Positions 28,888 to 41,032 of a stretch of DNA of 64,000 nt are shown here, in pieces. The DNA is from an uncultured Verrucomicrobiae bacterium (GTDB taxonomy: Bacteria; Verrucomicrobiota; Verrucomicrobiia; Chthoniobacterales; JAFAMB01). The notes below the pieces were generated by a model that was not told the origin of the DNA, did not search any database, and saw only the letters and a list, made by a program, of their open reading frames with translations. The stretch lies in NCBI GenBank assembly GCA_963762565.1, contig CAVXLD010000003.1, forward strand, positions 256,001-320,000. Direction: 5' to 3'. The position numbers and the translations under genes are program-made. How positions within the stretch are numbered: position 1 is the stretch's first letter; every line of letters starts with the position of its first letter.

Positions 28888-30895
<2,008 letters not shown>

Positions 30896-31092
30896 ACAAG
30901 TTAACGCCGGGGATTCTTTGCGCGCAAGGGGGAAGTTGGGGGGCCTCGAAATGATAGATGACAAATGACAGATGACAAATAGCCGGCGGAGCGCGGGTTC
31001 CAACGCCAGACCGCACCCCGGCGATTTGTCATTTGTTATCTGTCATTTGTCATTCCTTGAACTCCTCCCGGGTGGCACGAGATTGGTTAGGA

Positions 31093-32682
31093 ATGAACGA
31101 TGTACCGGTTCTCATCGTTGGAGGCGGCCCAGTGGGGTTATCGCTAGCCCTGGGGCTGGCGCGGCAGCAAGTAAGGAGCATCCTTTTCGAGTCGAAAACG
31201 CGGCTCGACCCTCACTCACGAGCGTTGGGTATCTTACCTCGCACGCTGGAAATCTTCCGAAATTGGGGAATCTACGATCAATTTGTCAAAGCGGGTGACC
31301 TATTGAGTCGGGTGGACGTATGGGTGGCTGGCAAGACCAAACCGTTTGCCGTAGTCGATCTAAGCATTTTCAAACAAATTACCTCAGCCGGAGGGGTCTT
31401 GATTCTTCCACAGAATCGAACCGAAGAGGTGCTCTTGGAAGCGGTAAAAGCATCGGGTCTGACGGAGGTCTTGTTTGGGCGCCAGGCCACCGGATTCGAG
31501 CAGGATCCCGATGGGGTGACTTTAAAAGTGACCGGACCCGGTGGCGTTTCCGAGACTCACCGCGGCCGATACCTGATCGGATGTGACGGTGCTCGCAGCA
31601 CCGTTCGGGAGGCCTTGGGGTGGGAGCTCGAAGGGAAAACGTACCCGGCGCGAATGTTGCTAGGGGACATTCGGCTTCAAGATGAACGGGACCAGCTGCC
31701 GTGGCCGTTGTTGGCCCCGGTCCAGCATGGAGGATTGGCGGGTCTTCGCTATCAACCCCAACATTGGCGGTTCATCTCTACCCTGGAGCCCGGGGAAACC
31801 GATGCAGCAGCGGTAGAGCCGGCTAGTATCGAACGACGTGTTCATCAACTATTCGGTCCGGGCCCTTTTGAACCCCTTTGGTCCAGCGTTTTTCATATCC
31901 ATTGCCGCACAAGCCGTCATTTTCGCCAGGAGCGAGTTCTTTTGGCCGGCGATGCTGCACATATCAACAGTCCGGCAGGTGGTCAGGGAATGAACAGCGG
32001 CATTCAAGACGCCCACAATTTAGCTTGGAAACTAGCCCGAGTTCTGGCTGGGGCTGATGCCGAGGCCCTGTTGGCCTCCTACGAAACGGAGCGGCGAGAA
32101 GTAATCATCAAGACAGTCGATACTTATACCGACTTTCTGACCCGGGCGATTCTCCTCGGTCCAAGTTTTATTCGGAAGCTGGCGCCAGCGGCCCTCTGGG
32201 CGCTTCCGCGGCTTGGCTTATTCTCGATAGTGGCGCCGAGGGCGGGGATGCTCGACGCTACTTATTCTCGATCAACAATTTTGTCAGGGAGAGGGCCCTG
32301 GCTTGGGAAACGGGCTCCAGACGGCAATTTGATTGATCCCAGGGGCAAGAGTTTACGGCTGTTAGATCTGGTTGGCCCTGGTCCCGCGCTTTTATTGTTT
32401 GATGATGGGAGGCTACCAAGTTGGAACCAAGGTGAGATAGCGCAGCTTTTTCAGGACATACATGATTTAAGGGTCGCTGCGCTGTTTCCCGGCGAGAAGA
32501 TTAGAAGAGACGGAGCGTACGCGTGCGCTGGAGGGGGTGCTCTTTGGAAACAATGGGCGGTCGGCGGCGGCAGTGCAGCGTTACTCCGGCCAGACGGCTA
32601 TGTCGGCTGGATGGGACGTCGGCCGACTCCGGAAGAGCTGGATTCAGGGGTAAGGCAAGCGTTGGGGATGGTGGCGGGGTAG
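31093..32682 (+). CDS. FAD-dependent monooxygenase (PheA/TfdB family)
   Basis: GGGPVG, GCDGARS, GDAAHINSPAGGQGMNSGIQDA and LRPDG motifs. Confidence 0.9.
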   Translation: MNDVPVLIVGGGPVGLSLALGLARQQVRSILFESKTRLDPHSRALGILPRTLEIFRNWGIYDQFVKAGDLLSRVDVWVAGKTKPFAVVDLSIFKQITSAGGVLILPQNRTEEVLLEAVKASGLTEVLFGRQATGFEQDPDGVTLKVTGPGGVSETHRGRYLIGCDGARSTVREALGWELEGKTYPARMLLGDIRLQDERDQLPWPLLAPVQHGGLAGLRYQPQHWRFISTLEPGETDAAAVEPASIERRVHQLFGPGPFEPLWSSVFHIHCRTSRHFRQERVLLAGDAAHINSPAGGQGMNSGIQDAHNLAWKLARVLAGADAEALLASYETERREVIIKTVDTYTDFLTRAILLGPSFIRKLAPAALWALPRLGLFSIVAPRAGMLDATYSRSTILSGRGPWLGKRAPDGNLIDPRGKSLRLLDLVGPGPALLLFDDGRLPSWNQGEIAQLFQDIHDLRVAALFPGEKIRRDGAYACAGGGALWKQWAVGGGSAALLRPDGYVGWMGRRPTPEELDSGVRQALGMVAG

Positions 32683-32697
32683 GGGAGGCGACGCCGT

Positions 32698-32909
32698 GGT
32701 AGGGCGAGGCTCCCGAATGACCTGAAGGTATTCGCGGAAGCCATCGGTATTCACCTGACGAAGGATACTGCTGCATCCTAGGCGCGCCGAGCCGTGGTTC
32801 AGCGCTGGGCCATGGCTCGGCGCGTTTATCGGCCTAACCCGTCGACGTCAATTGGCATATGCGGATTTCCCTGCCGAAACCTTACGGCCATTCGGGAGCC
32901 TCGCCCTAC
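32698..32909. repeat. REP doublet, family A
   Basis: gtagggcgaggctcccgaatg pairs with cattcgggagcctcgccctac. Confidence 0.88.
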
Positions 32910-32936
32910 GAATCACTTGAGCGCATCCCTACCAAC

Positions 32937-33422
32937 CTACTCCTCCCGTCGACGCCGAAAGAGTCTTCCGAATATCGCGTCCAGGGAGAACCATCCGGGG
33001 CCGAAGCAGAGGACAATCAGTGCTGCCAGGAAGAACGGGAATGGGGCGGCGTTTAGAAATTTGTCCGGATGACCCCAGATATTTAGGATGGCATTGCCCT
33101 GGTCTGGGACCCACAAGGCAACGGCCATGGCAATTGTTACCGGGATCGCCGCAAGTCGTGATCCTAGGCCGGCCACGATCAGGATACCGCCGAAACACTC
33201 GGTCGCACCGACGACGTACGCGCTGATTTCCGGATAAGGGATCCCCAGCTTCGTGAAAAACCCTATCGGCGTTTGGATGTGCTCCAGTTTAGCTCGTCCA
33301 ATTTTGAACAACTGCCAGAAAAAATAGATTCGGATGAGAAGTAGTAGAACTGATTGACAAAATCTACCAAACCCCCCCGACGAGGAAGACGTGCGAGTTA
33401 CTGGTTGGGCTTCTGTGCTCAT
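32937..33422 (-). CDS. DoxX family membrane protein (BufD-like)
   Basis: LLIRI..F...G..KL, E..GG..I..GL.SR and GPGWFSLD motifs. ATGA overlap with the upstream gene. Confidence 0.88.
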   Translation of the reverse strand: MSTEAQPVTRTSSSSGGFGRFCQSVLLLLIRIYFFWQLFKIGRAKLEHIQTPIGFFTKLGIPYPEISAYVVGATECFGGILIVAGLGSRLAAIPVTIAMAVALWVPDQGNAILNIWGHPDKFLNAAPFPFFLAALIVLCFGPGWFSLDAIFGRLFRRRREE

Positions 33423-34378
33423 CGTGATAAAGAAAACCAGCCGAGTGCAGTCCAGGTATCAAAACAGTTTTTAATGGTATCTGTCCAATTCAAATCGGTC
33501 TTAGCGCTTTGCGAGATCGCTGCCTCACAGGCAGCCGCCACGGTTTCGCCGCGACTAATGGCAGTTAGTATTTGGTACTCCTCAGGTTCCAGGCGCTTTG
33601 AGTAGACCTGATTTTCGTAGCGATGCACAGCCAGGAAAATCTGCTGCTTCTTAGGAAGCCGCACCGGCTTGCGGCGGCCGGAAGCCCGGGGTGCGGAATG
33701 GATCGCGTTGCTGGCTTCTGTCCGCAATGCGTCTTCGTCATTTTTCTTCACTCCGATCAAGAAATCGTCCACGGCGTAGTTTAATAGTAATAGCGAGAGA
33801 TAGGGTTGTAGAGAGAGGGTTAGTTCGTCCGGCGATGTGCCCAGGATATCGTCCGCCGTTACTGGGCGCTTCGATGGGTCGTCGAAAGCTACCGTCTGGG
33901 CCCATTCGAATTGAGCCATGTCCACGGCCAAAAGTTCATGTGGAGTTGTCCAACCCGGCTCTTCCCGGATGAATTGCTCCAAGCGATCGCCCAGGTCGCG
34001 TAAGGTATAAGAATTCGATTGGTATTTCGTCAGATAGGCGGTCGCAAGACGAGTAAATTTCTTGGTACCAAGGATCGAGCGTAACCCCGGGTAATCGTCG
34101 TGCAGGCAATCTAAGACCCGGAACCAGTATTGCCGGTTGTAGATTTCCAGTCGCTCAAACGAACTGAGCCGGTCGTTCGGCTTGATAAACTCGGCTGCTA
34201 CGTGGCGAGTAGGCCGTCCATCCGTCCAACTTTTCTGCATTCCCCAGCGAGGAGTTAGTGGCCGAAAGAGAGCGCTAGCCATGGTTCGCTGCAGCTCGCG
34301 TAAATCGTCGCGAGAGTGCACGGGCTTAACTGGCGGCGATGACGGATTCGCGGAATTTGTTGGCTTTGAGCGCTTCAT
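33419..34378 (-). CDS. DUF2063 / MNIO partner protein (BufC-like)
   Basis: RLEIYNRQY..R....L..DYPGL...LG...F and DMAQFEWA motifs. Overlaps the DUF692 3' end. Confidence 0.82.
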   Translation of the reverse strand: MKRSKPTNSANPSSPPVKPVHSRDDLRELQRTMASALFRPLTPRWGMQKSWTDGRPTRHVAAEFIKPNDRLSSFERLEIYNRQYWFRVLDCLHDDYPGLRSILGTKKFTRLATAYLTKYQSNSYTLRDLGDRLEQFIREEPGWTTPHELLAVDMAQFEWAQTVAFDDPSKRPVTADDILGTSPDELTLSLQPYLSLLLLNYAVDDFLIGVKKNDEDALRTEASNAIHSAPRASGRRKPVRLPKKQQIFLAVHRYENQVYSKRLEPEEYQILTAISRGETVAAACEAAISQSAKTDLNWTDTIKNCFDTWTALGWFSLSR

Positions 34379-35171
34379 GGTGGACCTCATCAAAGGTAGG
34401 AATCCGATCGTCCCATTCAAGCAAGGTAGCGGTGTTTCCGATTCGCTTCATCGCGTGCCCGTACATCTTCCAAACGGGGTCGAGTACGGGATTGTCGTGG
34501 GTATCCAGGATGTATTTCTCGAATTTAGAATGCCCGGCAATATGCACCTGCCCGACGCGATGATGGGGGATGTTATCCAGGTAGTCGTAAGGATTGAAGT
34601 TATGATTCTTAGACGAAACATAAATGTTGTTTACATCTAACAGAATTCCGCAATCAGCCAGTTCAACGACCTCACTGAGGAACTCCCATTCGGTCATTTC
34701 CGAGGCGTGATACTCAGCATAGCTGCTGACGTTCTCGACGCAGATTGGTACTTCCAGATAGTCACGGGCTGCCTTGATCTTTTCCGCGGTATGCTTAGCG
34801 ACCGCAAAAGTGTATGGCATCGGCAAAAGGTCGTGGGTGTAGCGGCCATCAACGCTTCCCCAGCAGAGATGATCGGAGAGCCAGGGAGTGTTTGTCCGGC
34901 GAACTAACCGTTTAAGTTTCTTCAGATGCGTTTTGTCCAGATCGTCGGCGGACCCGAAGTAAACAGCAACGCCATGTTGGACGACTCGATACTGCTCCAA
35001 GATTTGATCCAACACTTCCAATGGGCGACCGGCGTCGACCATGAAATTTTCAGAGATGATCTCGAACCAATCGACGACCGGCTTCTTCGCCAGAATATGC
35101 CGATAGTGAGGAACGCGCAGGCCGATGCCGATTCCGTAGTCAGTAAATCCGTTAAACTCGTTGGCAGGCAT
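34326..35171 (-). CDS. DUF692 multinuclear non-heme iron oxidative enzyme (MNIO, BufB-like)
   Basis: GIGLR, EIISEN, SDHLCW, ENVSSY, LLDVNNIYV, HIAGH, DTH and LLEWD motifs. Confidence 0.95.
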   Translation of the reverse strand: MPANEFNGFTDYGIGIGLRVPHYRHILAKKPVVDWFEIISENFMVDAGRPLEVLDQILEQYRVVQHGVAVYFGSADDLDKTHLKKLKRLVRRTNTPWLSDHLCWGSVDGRYTHDLLPMPYTFAVAKHTAEKIKAARDYLEVPICVENVSSYAEYHASEMTEWEFLSEVVELADCGILLDVNNIYVSSKNHNFNPYDYLDNIPHHRVGQVHIAGHSKFEKYILDTHDNPVLDPVWKMYGHAMKRIGNTATLLEWDDRIPTFDEVHHEALKANKFRESVIAAS

Positions 35172-35415
35172 TTTGGAGGTGGGAAGTGAGAAGGTGAGAG
35201 GTGAGAGGTGATGCGCGCTGGAGGGGAGCCGCTTTGTCGGTTGGCAGGTCTATCGATTGGCAGCCGCCGAAAGGCTTCGGGGTGGACAGGCGGCTCCCGG
35301 GAATTACCCAGGGTATTTGAGTAATCAGTAATCAGTGATTCAGTAGGGAGGGCGGTAGGAGGGATTCAGATTCTTGTGGCTCCGCACGGTCGTTCCCAGA
35401 GTTCACGCCGATCCC

Positions 35416-35476
35416 CGCGCTGACGGGGTTTCCTAAGGGCGCCGCCGAGGTAATCGGGCGGCGCCCTGTCAGCGCG
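35416..35476. terminator. GC-rich hairpin downstream of the precursor gene
   Basis: gcgctgac..gggcgccgcc..ggcggcgccc..gtcagcgc nested stems. Confidence 0.45.
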
Positions 35477-35525
35477 CTATAGTTTTAGAACACCAGAAGA
35501 CAGAATGATGCTGTTCTGAATGTTT

Positions 35526-35792
35526 TTAGCCTTTTTTGTTGGTGGCGCATCCACCCTTGCCCTTGCAAGAGTTCTTACCTTTGCAGCCATTATCGCTAGT
35601 CTTGCATCCGCCTTGGCCTTTACACGAATTTTGGCCCTTACAGGAGTGCGTTCCCTTGTCGGAGTCGGCAAGAGTGCGGACGGAGGTTCCAGCCTTGCCC
35701 TGGACGCTGGCTGCGTACGTTTGCACTGCAAGAGACCCGGTCAACAAACCGGCAACGGCAGCGCCGGCGATCATCGCTTTTGATGGCTTCAT
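35526..35792 (-). CDS. Secreted six-Cys bufferin-like RiPP precursor
   Basis: Signal-like MKPSKAMIAGAAVAGLLTGSLA, then two CKGxNSCKGxGGC repeats. First gene upstream of DUF692. Confidence 0.85.
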   Translation of the reverse strand: MKPSKAMIAGAAVAGLLTGSLAVQTYAASVQGKAGTSVRTLADSDKGTHSCKGQNSCKGQGGCKTSDNGCKGKNSCKGKGGCATNKKG

Positions 35793-36130
35793 GTTATGAT
35801 TTTTTCGATTTCTGAGGTGTTGTGTTGAACTGCTTTTCAATTTCCAGGAGCCTAAGCTCCGAGGAAGATGATCCGATCCAGCATAATCTTATTCCCGAGA
35901 ATCGAGAATTCGAGCTTAAGGTTAGAAAACAGTGAATTACAAACCACGGTTGATACGAGTAGGAATAAGAGGGCTGCCCAACCTGTTCTATTGATAGCAT
36001 CGCTGATGTGGGTCGAATCGAATAGAAGGGTTTGAACCGCTGGCAAGTTCGTCGAACCATCGAAGCAAAAGCCTAACTCCCTATGTATATTTATAGAGCT
36101 CGACGCCGCCCAGGTTCGTTTAAAGATCAC

Positions 36131-36868
36131 ATGCAACGGACCCGGTACCCATGGTTGCGACCTTTCTTCGCGGCTGAATGGATTTGGGAGTGGCTATCGT
36201 ATCTGCTCGGGAATTGGTCGTTTCTAGAAGTGCTAGACTACCTCGGCACCTTCTCCATCCTTCTAGGGGTCATTCTGTATTTCGCCGAGAGCGGTGACCG
36301 AGAGAAACAGAAGCAGTATCAGGCTTGGCAGGTGATTAACACGGCGCAGGGCAAGGGGGGCAGCGGTGGCAGAAAAGAGGCTCTCCAGGAGTTGGCAGCT
36401 GACCATGTCGACCTAGTCGGAGTCGATGTTAGCGGTGCGTTCCTACAAGGGGTCCAGCTGCAGCGGGCGAATCTGGCGCGAGCGAGTCTACGGAGCGCTG
36501 ATCTACGATCCGGCGTTTTTGATCGGGCTGATCTGGACTATGCCGATCTAACCTCGGCTAATATTAGAAATGGCTCGTTTGTGAAAACCAGTCTCCAATA
36601 TGCCATGTTGGCTGACGCCGATCTCACCGGTTGCAACTTGGGTGGCGCCGATTGCGAAGATACGGACTTTAGCCGGGCCGATCTGCGCAATTGCGATCTG
36701 AAGGATATCAAATGGAAAGGAATCAAGGGGCTCAAGCTAGCGAACCTACTGAGCGTTAAAAACGCTCCGGAAGGCTTTGTTGCTTGGGCGTTGCAACAAG
36801 GAGCCGTCCAGGTGGAGTCCGATAGCGAATGGGAGAAGCTGATCGAGAATTCTGGCGCCGGGAAGTAG
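36131..36868 (+). CDS. Pentapeptide-repeat protein with N-terminal membrane segment
   Basis: ANLAR/ASLRS/ADLRS/ADLDY repeats after YQAWQVIN..QGKGGSGGR. Confidence 0.85.
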   Translation: MQRTRYPWLRPFFAAEWIWEWLSYLLGNWSFLEVLDYLGTFSILLGVILYFAESGDREKQKQYQAWQVINTAQGKGGSGGRKEALQELAADHVDLVGVDVSGAFLQGVQLQRANLARASLRSADLRSGVFDRADLDYADLTSANIRNGSFVKTSLQYAMLADADLTGCNLGGADCEDTDFSRADLRNCDLKDIKWKGIKGLKLANLLSVKNAPEGFVAWALQQGAVQVESDSEWEKLIENSGAGK

Positions 36869-37028
36869 GCGAAAGGGGGGGGCGAAACGGCGAAAGGGCG
36901 AGGGTCGGTGGGAGGAAACGACGGCAGTGGCGGGGCAACGGATAGGACCTATGGGACCTATATGACCTATAGGTCCCAGTGGAGCGCAGCATTCGCCGGT
37001 GCGCCGGCTCGCCCTTTCGCCGTTTCGC

Positions 37029-37796
37029 CTAATGATGGATCTGTTCCCGAGCCTCACGCATCTCGTGAAGCACAAGGTTCATGAGTTCGTCGATCGAAGT
37101 TTCTTTGGTGGCGCGATCGAAAGTGATCTTGCCATTCTGCAAGAGATTAACTCGGTCGCAGACATCAAAGACGTGGGCGTAGTTGTGGGCAACGATGATC
37201 ACTGCCACATTCGCCGTCTCCTTGAGCTGACGGATCACATCTAAAATCATCGCGCTCTCTTTAACGCCCATCGCGGCGGTGGGCTCATCCAGCAGTAACA
37301 CCTTGGCGTTGGCATAAACAGACCGCGCCACCGCAATTGCCTGGCGCTGCCCGCCCGAAAGCTTCGAAATCTCGACGTCCACGGAAGGAATATTAACCCG
37401 CATCTGTTTCAAGTGTTCCTGCGCTTGTCTTCGCATCTCCCGATCGTCCAGGATTTGGAAAAACTTGTTCGACATCAATTCCTTCTGCAGAAACATATTC
37501 CGATAAACATTGACATCGTTGATGAGAGCCAAGTCTTGGTAGACCGGTTCGATTCCCAACGCTCTGGCATGGCTGACGGATTTCAGCTCGATCTCCTTAC
37601 CCTCAAAAAAGATCTTTCCGGTGCTAGGCTTGTGAAAGCCGGTCAGGATTTTCATCAAAGTCGATTTGCCGGCGCCATTGTCACCGAGAAGCCCCAAGAC
37701 CTCGCCCTTCATTACGCGAATCGAAACATCTCGAAGAGCGGTGACACGGCCGAACGACTTAGAAATACTTTCCGTCCGCAAAGCTTCTTCGCTCAT
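37029..37796 (-). CDS. Sugar ABC transporter ATP-binding protein
   Basis: GDNGAGKST, LSGGQRQ and LLLDEPT motifs. Confidence 0.93.
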   Translation of the reverse strand: MSEEALRTESISKSFGRVTALRDVSIRVMKGEVLGLLGDNGAGKSTLMKILTGFHKPSTGKIFFEGKEIELKSVSHARALGIEPVYQDLALINDVNVYRNMFLQKELMSNKFFQILDDREMRRQAQEHLKQMRVNIPSVDVEISKLSGGQRQAIAVARSVYANAKVLLLDEPTAAMGVKESAMILDVIRQLKETANVAVIIVAHNYAHVFDVCDRVNLLQNGKITFDRATKETSIDELMNLVLHEMREAREQIHH

Positions 37797-38827
37797 TTCC
37801 CACCTCCTGCAGCCCGCAGTTTACTGAGGCGAACATTAATGATCATTGTGACCAGGATGGCTCCTCCCAGGATCATATCGAACGTATAAGCGCTAACGCC
37901 TGACAGGGTGAACCCATCGGATAAGATACCCAGCACGACCGCACCAAGGAAGGCGCCAATCACTGTTCCCGAGCCTCCGGTCAGAAGGGTTCCACCGATG
38001 ACAGCCGAAGCCGTAGCCCTGAACATATAGTCGGTTCCACCAGCCAGCGGATCCGCCGAGCTGATCCGGAAGGTGTCCAGGATCCCAGCAAAGGCGCCGA
38101 GCATGCTGCAGATCATAAAGTTTCCAATCTTGATGCGGGCGATTCTGATGCCGACCTCGGCGGCGCCAAGCAGATTGCCGCCCGTGGCCACCGTATGCAA
38201 TCCCCAGCGCGTCTTGACCAGAATGAACTGGAACAAAGCGGTGATTGCGACTGCCCAGAGCAATTGAGAGACCGGAAAACCACTGAGGTTGCCCCCAAAG
38301 ACAGCGAAAATCAATGGGTCCGGCTCAGGTTGGACCGGGAAGCCACCGGAGATCGTCAGGGTGAACCCGTTGATCATGAAGAGGGTTCCTAAGGTGGTGA
38401 TAAACGACGGGATCTGGAGTCCCACGGTGATCAGCCCATTGATTAGCCCAACGACTGCCCCCGCTGCCATCCCTAGTACAATCGCCAAGACGTATGGCAC
38501 CCCAGCTTGATGTGCATAATACATCACAAAAGGCGCGAGGGCGTAGACCATACCAACCGAAAGGTCAAATTCGCCGCTGATTATGACCATGACCTCGCCG
38601 GCTGCGAGGATGGCCACGGCTGCGGCAAAGGTGACCAAATTTCCGATATTGCTCCACGACAGGAAAGCTGGCGCAGTGCTCTGAAAATAGATCACCAAAA
38701 GGATGCCGGCGATCAGAATGCTGGCTTCGCGGGAGTGTAAGAATGAGCGTCCGAGCACGCCCAAGCGACTGGGTCGCTTGGGCGTAGCTTGGGATTCCGC
38801 TACAGATTTAGGCGGTTCTGTGGGCAC
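37793..38827 (-). CDS. Sugar ABC transporter permease (RbsC-like)
   Basis: GEFDLSVG, IPSFITTLG and VIGGT..TGG.G motifs. Confidence 0.92.
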   Translation of the reverse strand: MPTEPPKSVAESQATPKRPSRLGVLGRSFLHSREASILIAGILLVIYFQSTAPAFLSWSNIGNLVTFAAAVAILAAGEVMVIISGEFDLSVGMVYALAPFVMYYAHQAGVPYVLAIVLGMAAGAVVGLINGLITVGLQIPSFITTLGTLFMINGFTLTISGGFPVQPEPDPLIFAVFGGNLSGFPVSQLLWAVAITALFQFILVKTRWGLHTVATGGNLLGAAEVGIRIARIKIGNFMICSMLGAFAGILDTFRISSADPLAGGTDYMFRATASAVIGGTLLTGGSGTVIGAFLGAVVLGILSDGFTLSGVSAYTFDMILGGAILVTMIINVRLSKLRAAGGGK

Positions 38828-38845
38828 AGCGGAAGATCCGATTTT

Positions 38846-39925
38846 CTAGTAAGCGCCCGTATGCGGCAACACCTTTTCCTGCGCGCTGCTGCCCTCGTAC
38901 CGGCTCTGAGTGCTCAAATACGGATCGACGCTGTCTTTGGTGACGAATTTCAATCCTGTGTTGATTTCCGCGGACCCGCACAGCCCACCGGAGATCTTGA
39001 TCATGAAAAGAACCATCGTTGTATAGAATCCCTGGAGATAAGGTTGCTGGTCGATGGTGAAGTCCAAATCGCCTTTCTTGATTGCGGACAACGATACCGG
39101 CAGCAAATCAAAGCCACCAGCGTGAACGCCCTTGGCCGCCAAACCGTTTGCCGCCATCGTTTGGGCAACGCCCTGCGTACTACCCGCGTCCACCGCAAAC
39201 ATCCCTTTGAGATCGTTATGACCGGTGAAATAGGCTTGGATTCGCGTAAGCTCTTCGTTGACGGTCGGTCCGGTCGCGATCTCGGTCAGATTAATGTTTT
39301 TGCCTGACTCCTTAATCGCTTCTTTGGCGCCATCTAACCGAGGCTGAATGTTCAGCTGACCAGGCGTCGCGATGAAACCCACGACGTCGCCTTCCCCAAC
39401 GGATTGAACAATACGTTCGCCGAGTCCCTTACCGGACGCAAAAAGGTCCTGGCCGATGTAACACATGCGGTTGTTGCCTTTCGCATCCGCATTGTAAGAC
39501 ACGACCGGAATACCGGCTTTTAAAGCAGTATCAGTCGGATCATTGAACGCGGTCTGATCAACCAGACAAACCGCGATTCCGTCTGCCTTTGCTGATATGG
39601 CCGTATTCATGGAGTTGACCATATCGGTGGCGATCGATTTCTCTGACCCAGTCCATTGATAGCTGCAGCCCAGAAGTGCGCAGGCATCCTCCGCCCCGTA
39701 ACGGGTAGGAACAAAGAACGGGTTGGTGGTTACGTGGTTTACAAACACGAATTTCCATTGGGGATGCTTGGGGAACTTGCCCAGGGCTTCCTCGGCTGCC
39801 TCCGCGCTGGTTACTCCAAATCCTGCCAACGAGGAAAGCGAGGCCAGAACGCCGGCGCCCGCGGCGCGGCGGAGGGCCTGCCTACGAGTGAGGCCGGTGC
39901 TGGGTGAGAAATCGGTTTTTTTCAT
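38846..39925 (-). CDS. Sugar ABC substrate-binding protein with Tat signal
   Basis: TRRQALR leader. NPFF, GFD and IDQQPYLQG motifs. Confidence 0.9.
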   Translation of the reverse strand: MKKTDFSPSTGLTRRQALRRAAGAGVLASLSSLAGFGVTSAEAAEEALGKFPKHPQWKFVFVNHVTTNPFFVPTRYGAEDACALLGCSYQWTGSEKSIATDMVNSMNTAISAKADGIAVCLVDQTAFNDPTDTALKAGIPVVSYNADAKGNNRMCYIGQDLFASGKGLGERIVQSVGEGDVVGFIATPGQLNIQPRLDGAKEAIKESGKNINLTEIATGPTVNEELTRIQAYFTGHNDLKGMFAVDAGSTQGVAQTMAANGLAAKGVHAGGFDLLPVSLSAIKKGDLDFTIDQQPYLQGFYTTMVLFMIKISGGLCGSAEINTGLKFVTKDSVDPYLSTQSRYEGSSAQEKVLPHTGAY

Positions 39926-40041
39926 ACTTTTGTTTATGGGGGTAGTTATGATGGATGACTATTAGCTCCAAAAGGTCGTTTGGCGAGCGAATCGGCGCGC
40001 CAGCGAATTATTTCGGTAGCTGATTTAAATACCCTAGCATT

Positions 40042-40773
40042 ATGCATCAGGATTGGACAACGCAGAATATTGTGGTCACCGGGGCGGCTTCCGGGCTGGG
40101 GCGTGCAATTTGCGCCCGGTTCGCCCATTTGGGTGCACAGGTCCGGGGCGTCGATACCAACGAGATCGCGCTCCGAGAGCTGCAATCCAGCCTTGGCAAC
40201 TTCGCGCCGGTGGTTTGTGATGTCACCCAGTTGGAACAGGTAACGGCAGCGTTTACCCAGGATCTGGTGATTGACGTACTAGTCAACAGCGCCGGCATTA
40301 CCGGTAAAACCAATATCAAGAGCCCGGAGACCGACCCGGCTGACGTGGAGCAGGTCTTCCGGGTTAACTTTTTTGGTTCTTATTTCACCAGCAAAGCCGC
40401 GTTGCCGGGCATGATCAGCCGCGGCTACGGACGGATACTTCATATCGCTTCCATTGCCGGTAAAGAAGGCAACGCCGGGATGTTAGCCTATTCCGCTTCT
40501 AAGGCGGCAGTGATCGGAATGGCGAAAGTCCAGGGTAAAGAAGTCGCCGGTACGGGTGTTACCGTGAACGCTCTCGCCCCGGCGGTGATTGAGACACCGA
40601 TGGTGGCGGCGATGCCGTCGGAGCAAGTAAAATACATGACCGCCAAGATTCCCATGAACCGTTGCGGGTCGTTAGAGGAGTTAGTGGCGATGGTGGAGTT
40701 CATCGTCTCGCCGGCGTGTAGTTTTACTACCGGATTTACGTTCGATCTGACGGGCGGCCGAGCGACGTATTAG
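40042..40773 (+). CDS. SDR oxidoreductase (FabG-like, probably sugar/sugar-acid catabolism)
   Basis: TGAASGLG, NSAG and YSASK motifs. Confidence 0.9.
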   Translation: MHQDWTTQNIVVTGAASGLGRAICARFAHLGAQVRGVDTNEIALRELQSSLGNFAPVVCDVTQLEQVTAAFTQDLVIDVLVNSAGITGKTNIKSPETDPADVEQVFRVNFFGSYFTSKAALPGMISRGYGRILHIASIAGKEGNAGMLAYSASKAAVIGMAKVQGKEVAGTGVTVNALAPAVIETPMVAAMPSEQVKYMTAKIPMNRCGSLEELVAMVEFIVSPACSFTTGFTFDLTGGRATY

Positions 40774-41032
40774 TGGGGTGAGTCAGGGGGGTGGGTGAGA
40801 GATCGGTGGGGCGAGCGCTGCGGCGTGGTGGGGATACGACCTATATGACTTATAGGACCTATATGTCACCACCATGGTGGGTTGGCGGGATGTCTTATAT
40901 CGACGATAAATCGCGCGGTGTGCATGGGCGCTGTGTTCGGCGATATTCGCCTGTGCGCCCTTTCGCCCCTTCGCCATATCGTCCTTTCGCTGTCCCTTGA
41001 CACCGGGGGATTTGCCGCATACCGACCACTTC

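Noticed and set aside
31093..32682. FAD monooxygenase as a tailoring enzyme of the RiPP cluster
   Set aside because: Opposite strand, convergent and separated by a REPIN, so nothing links them.
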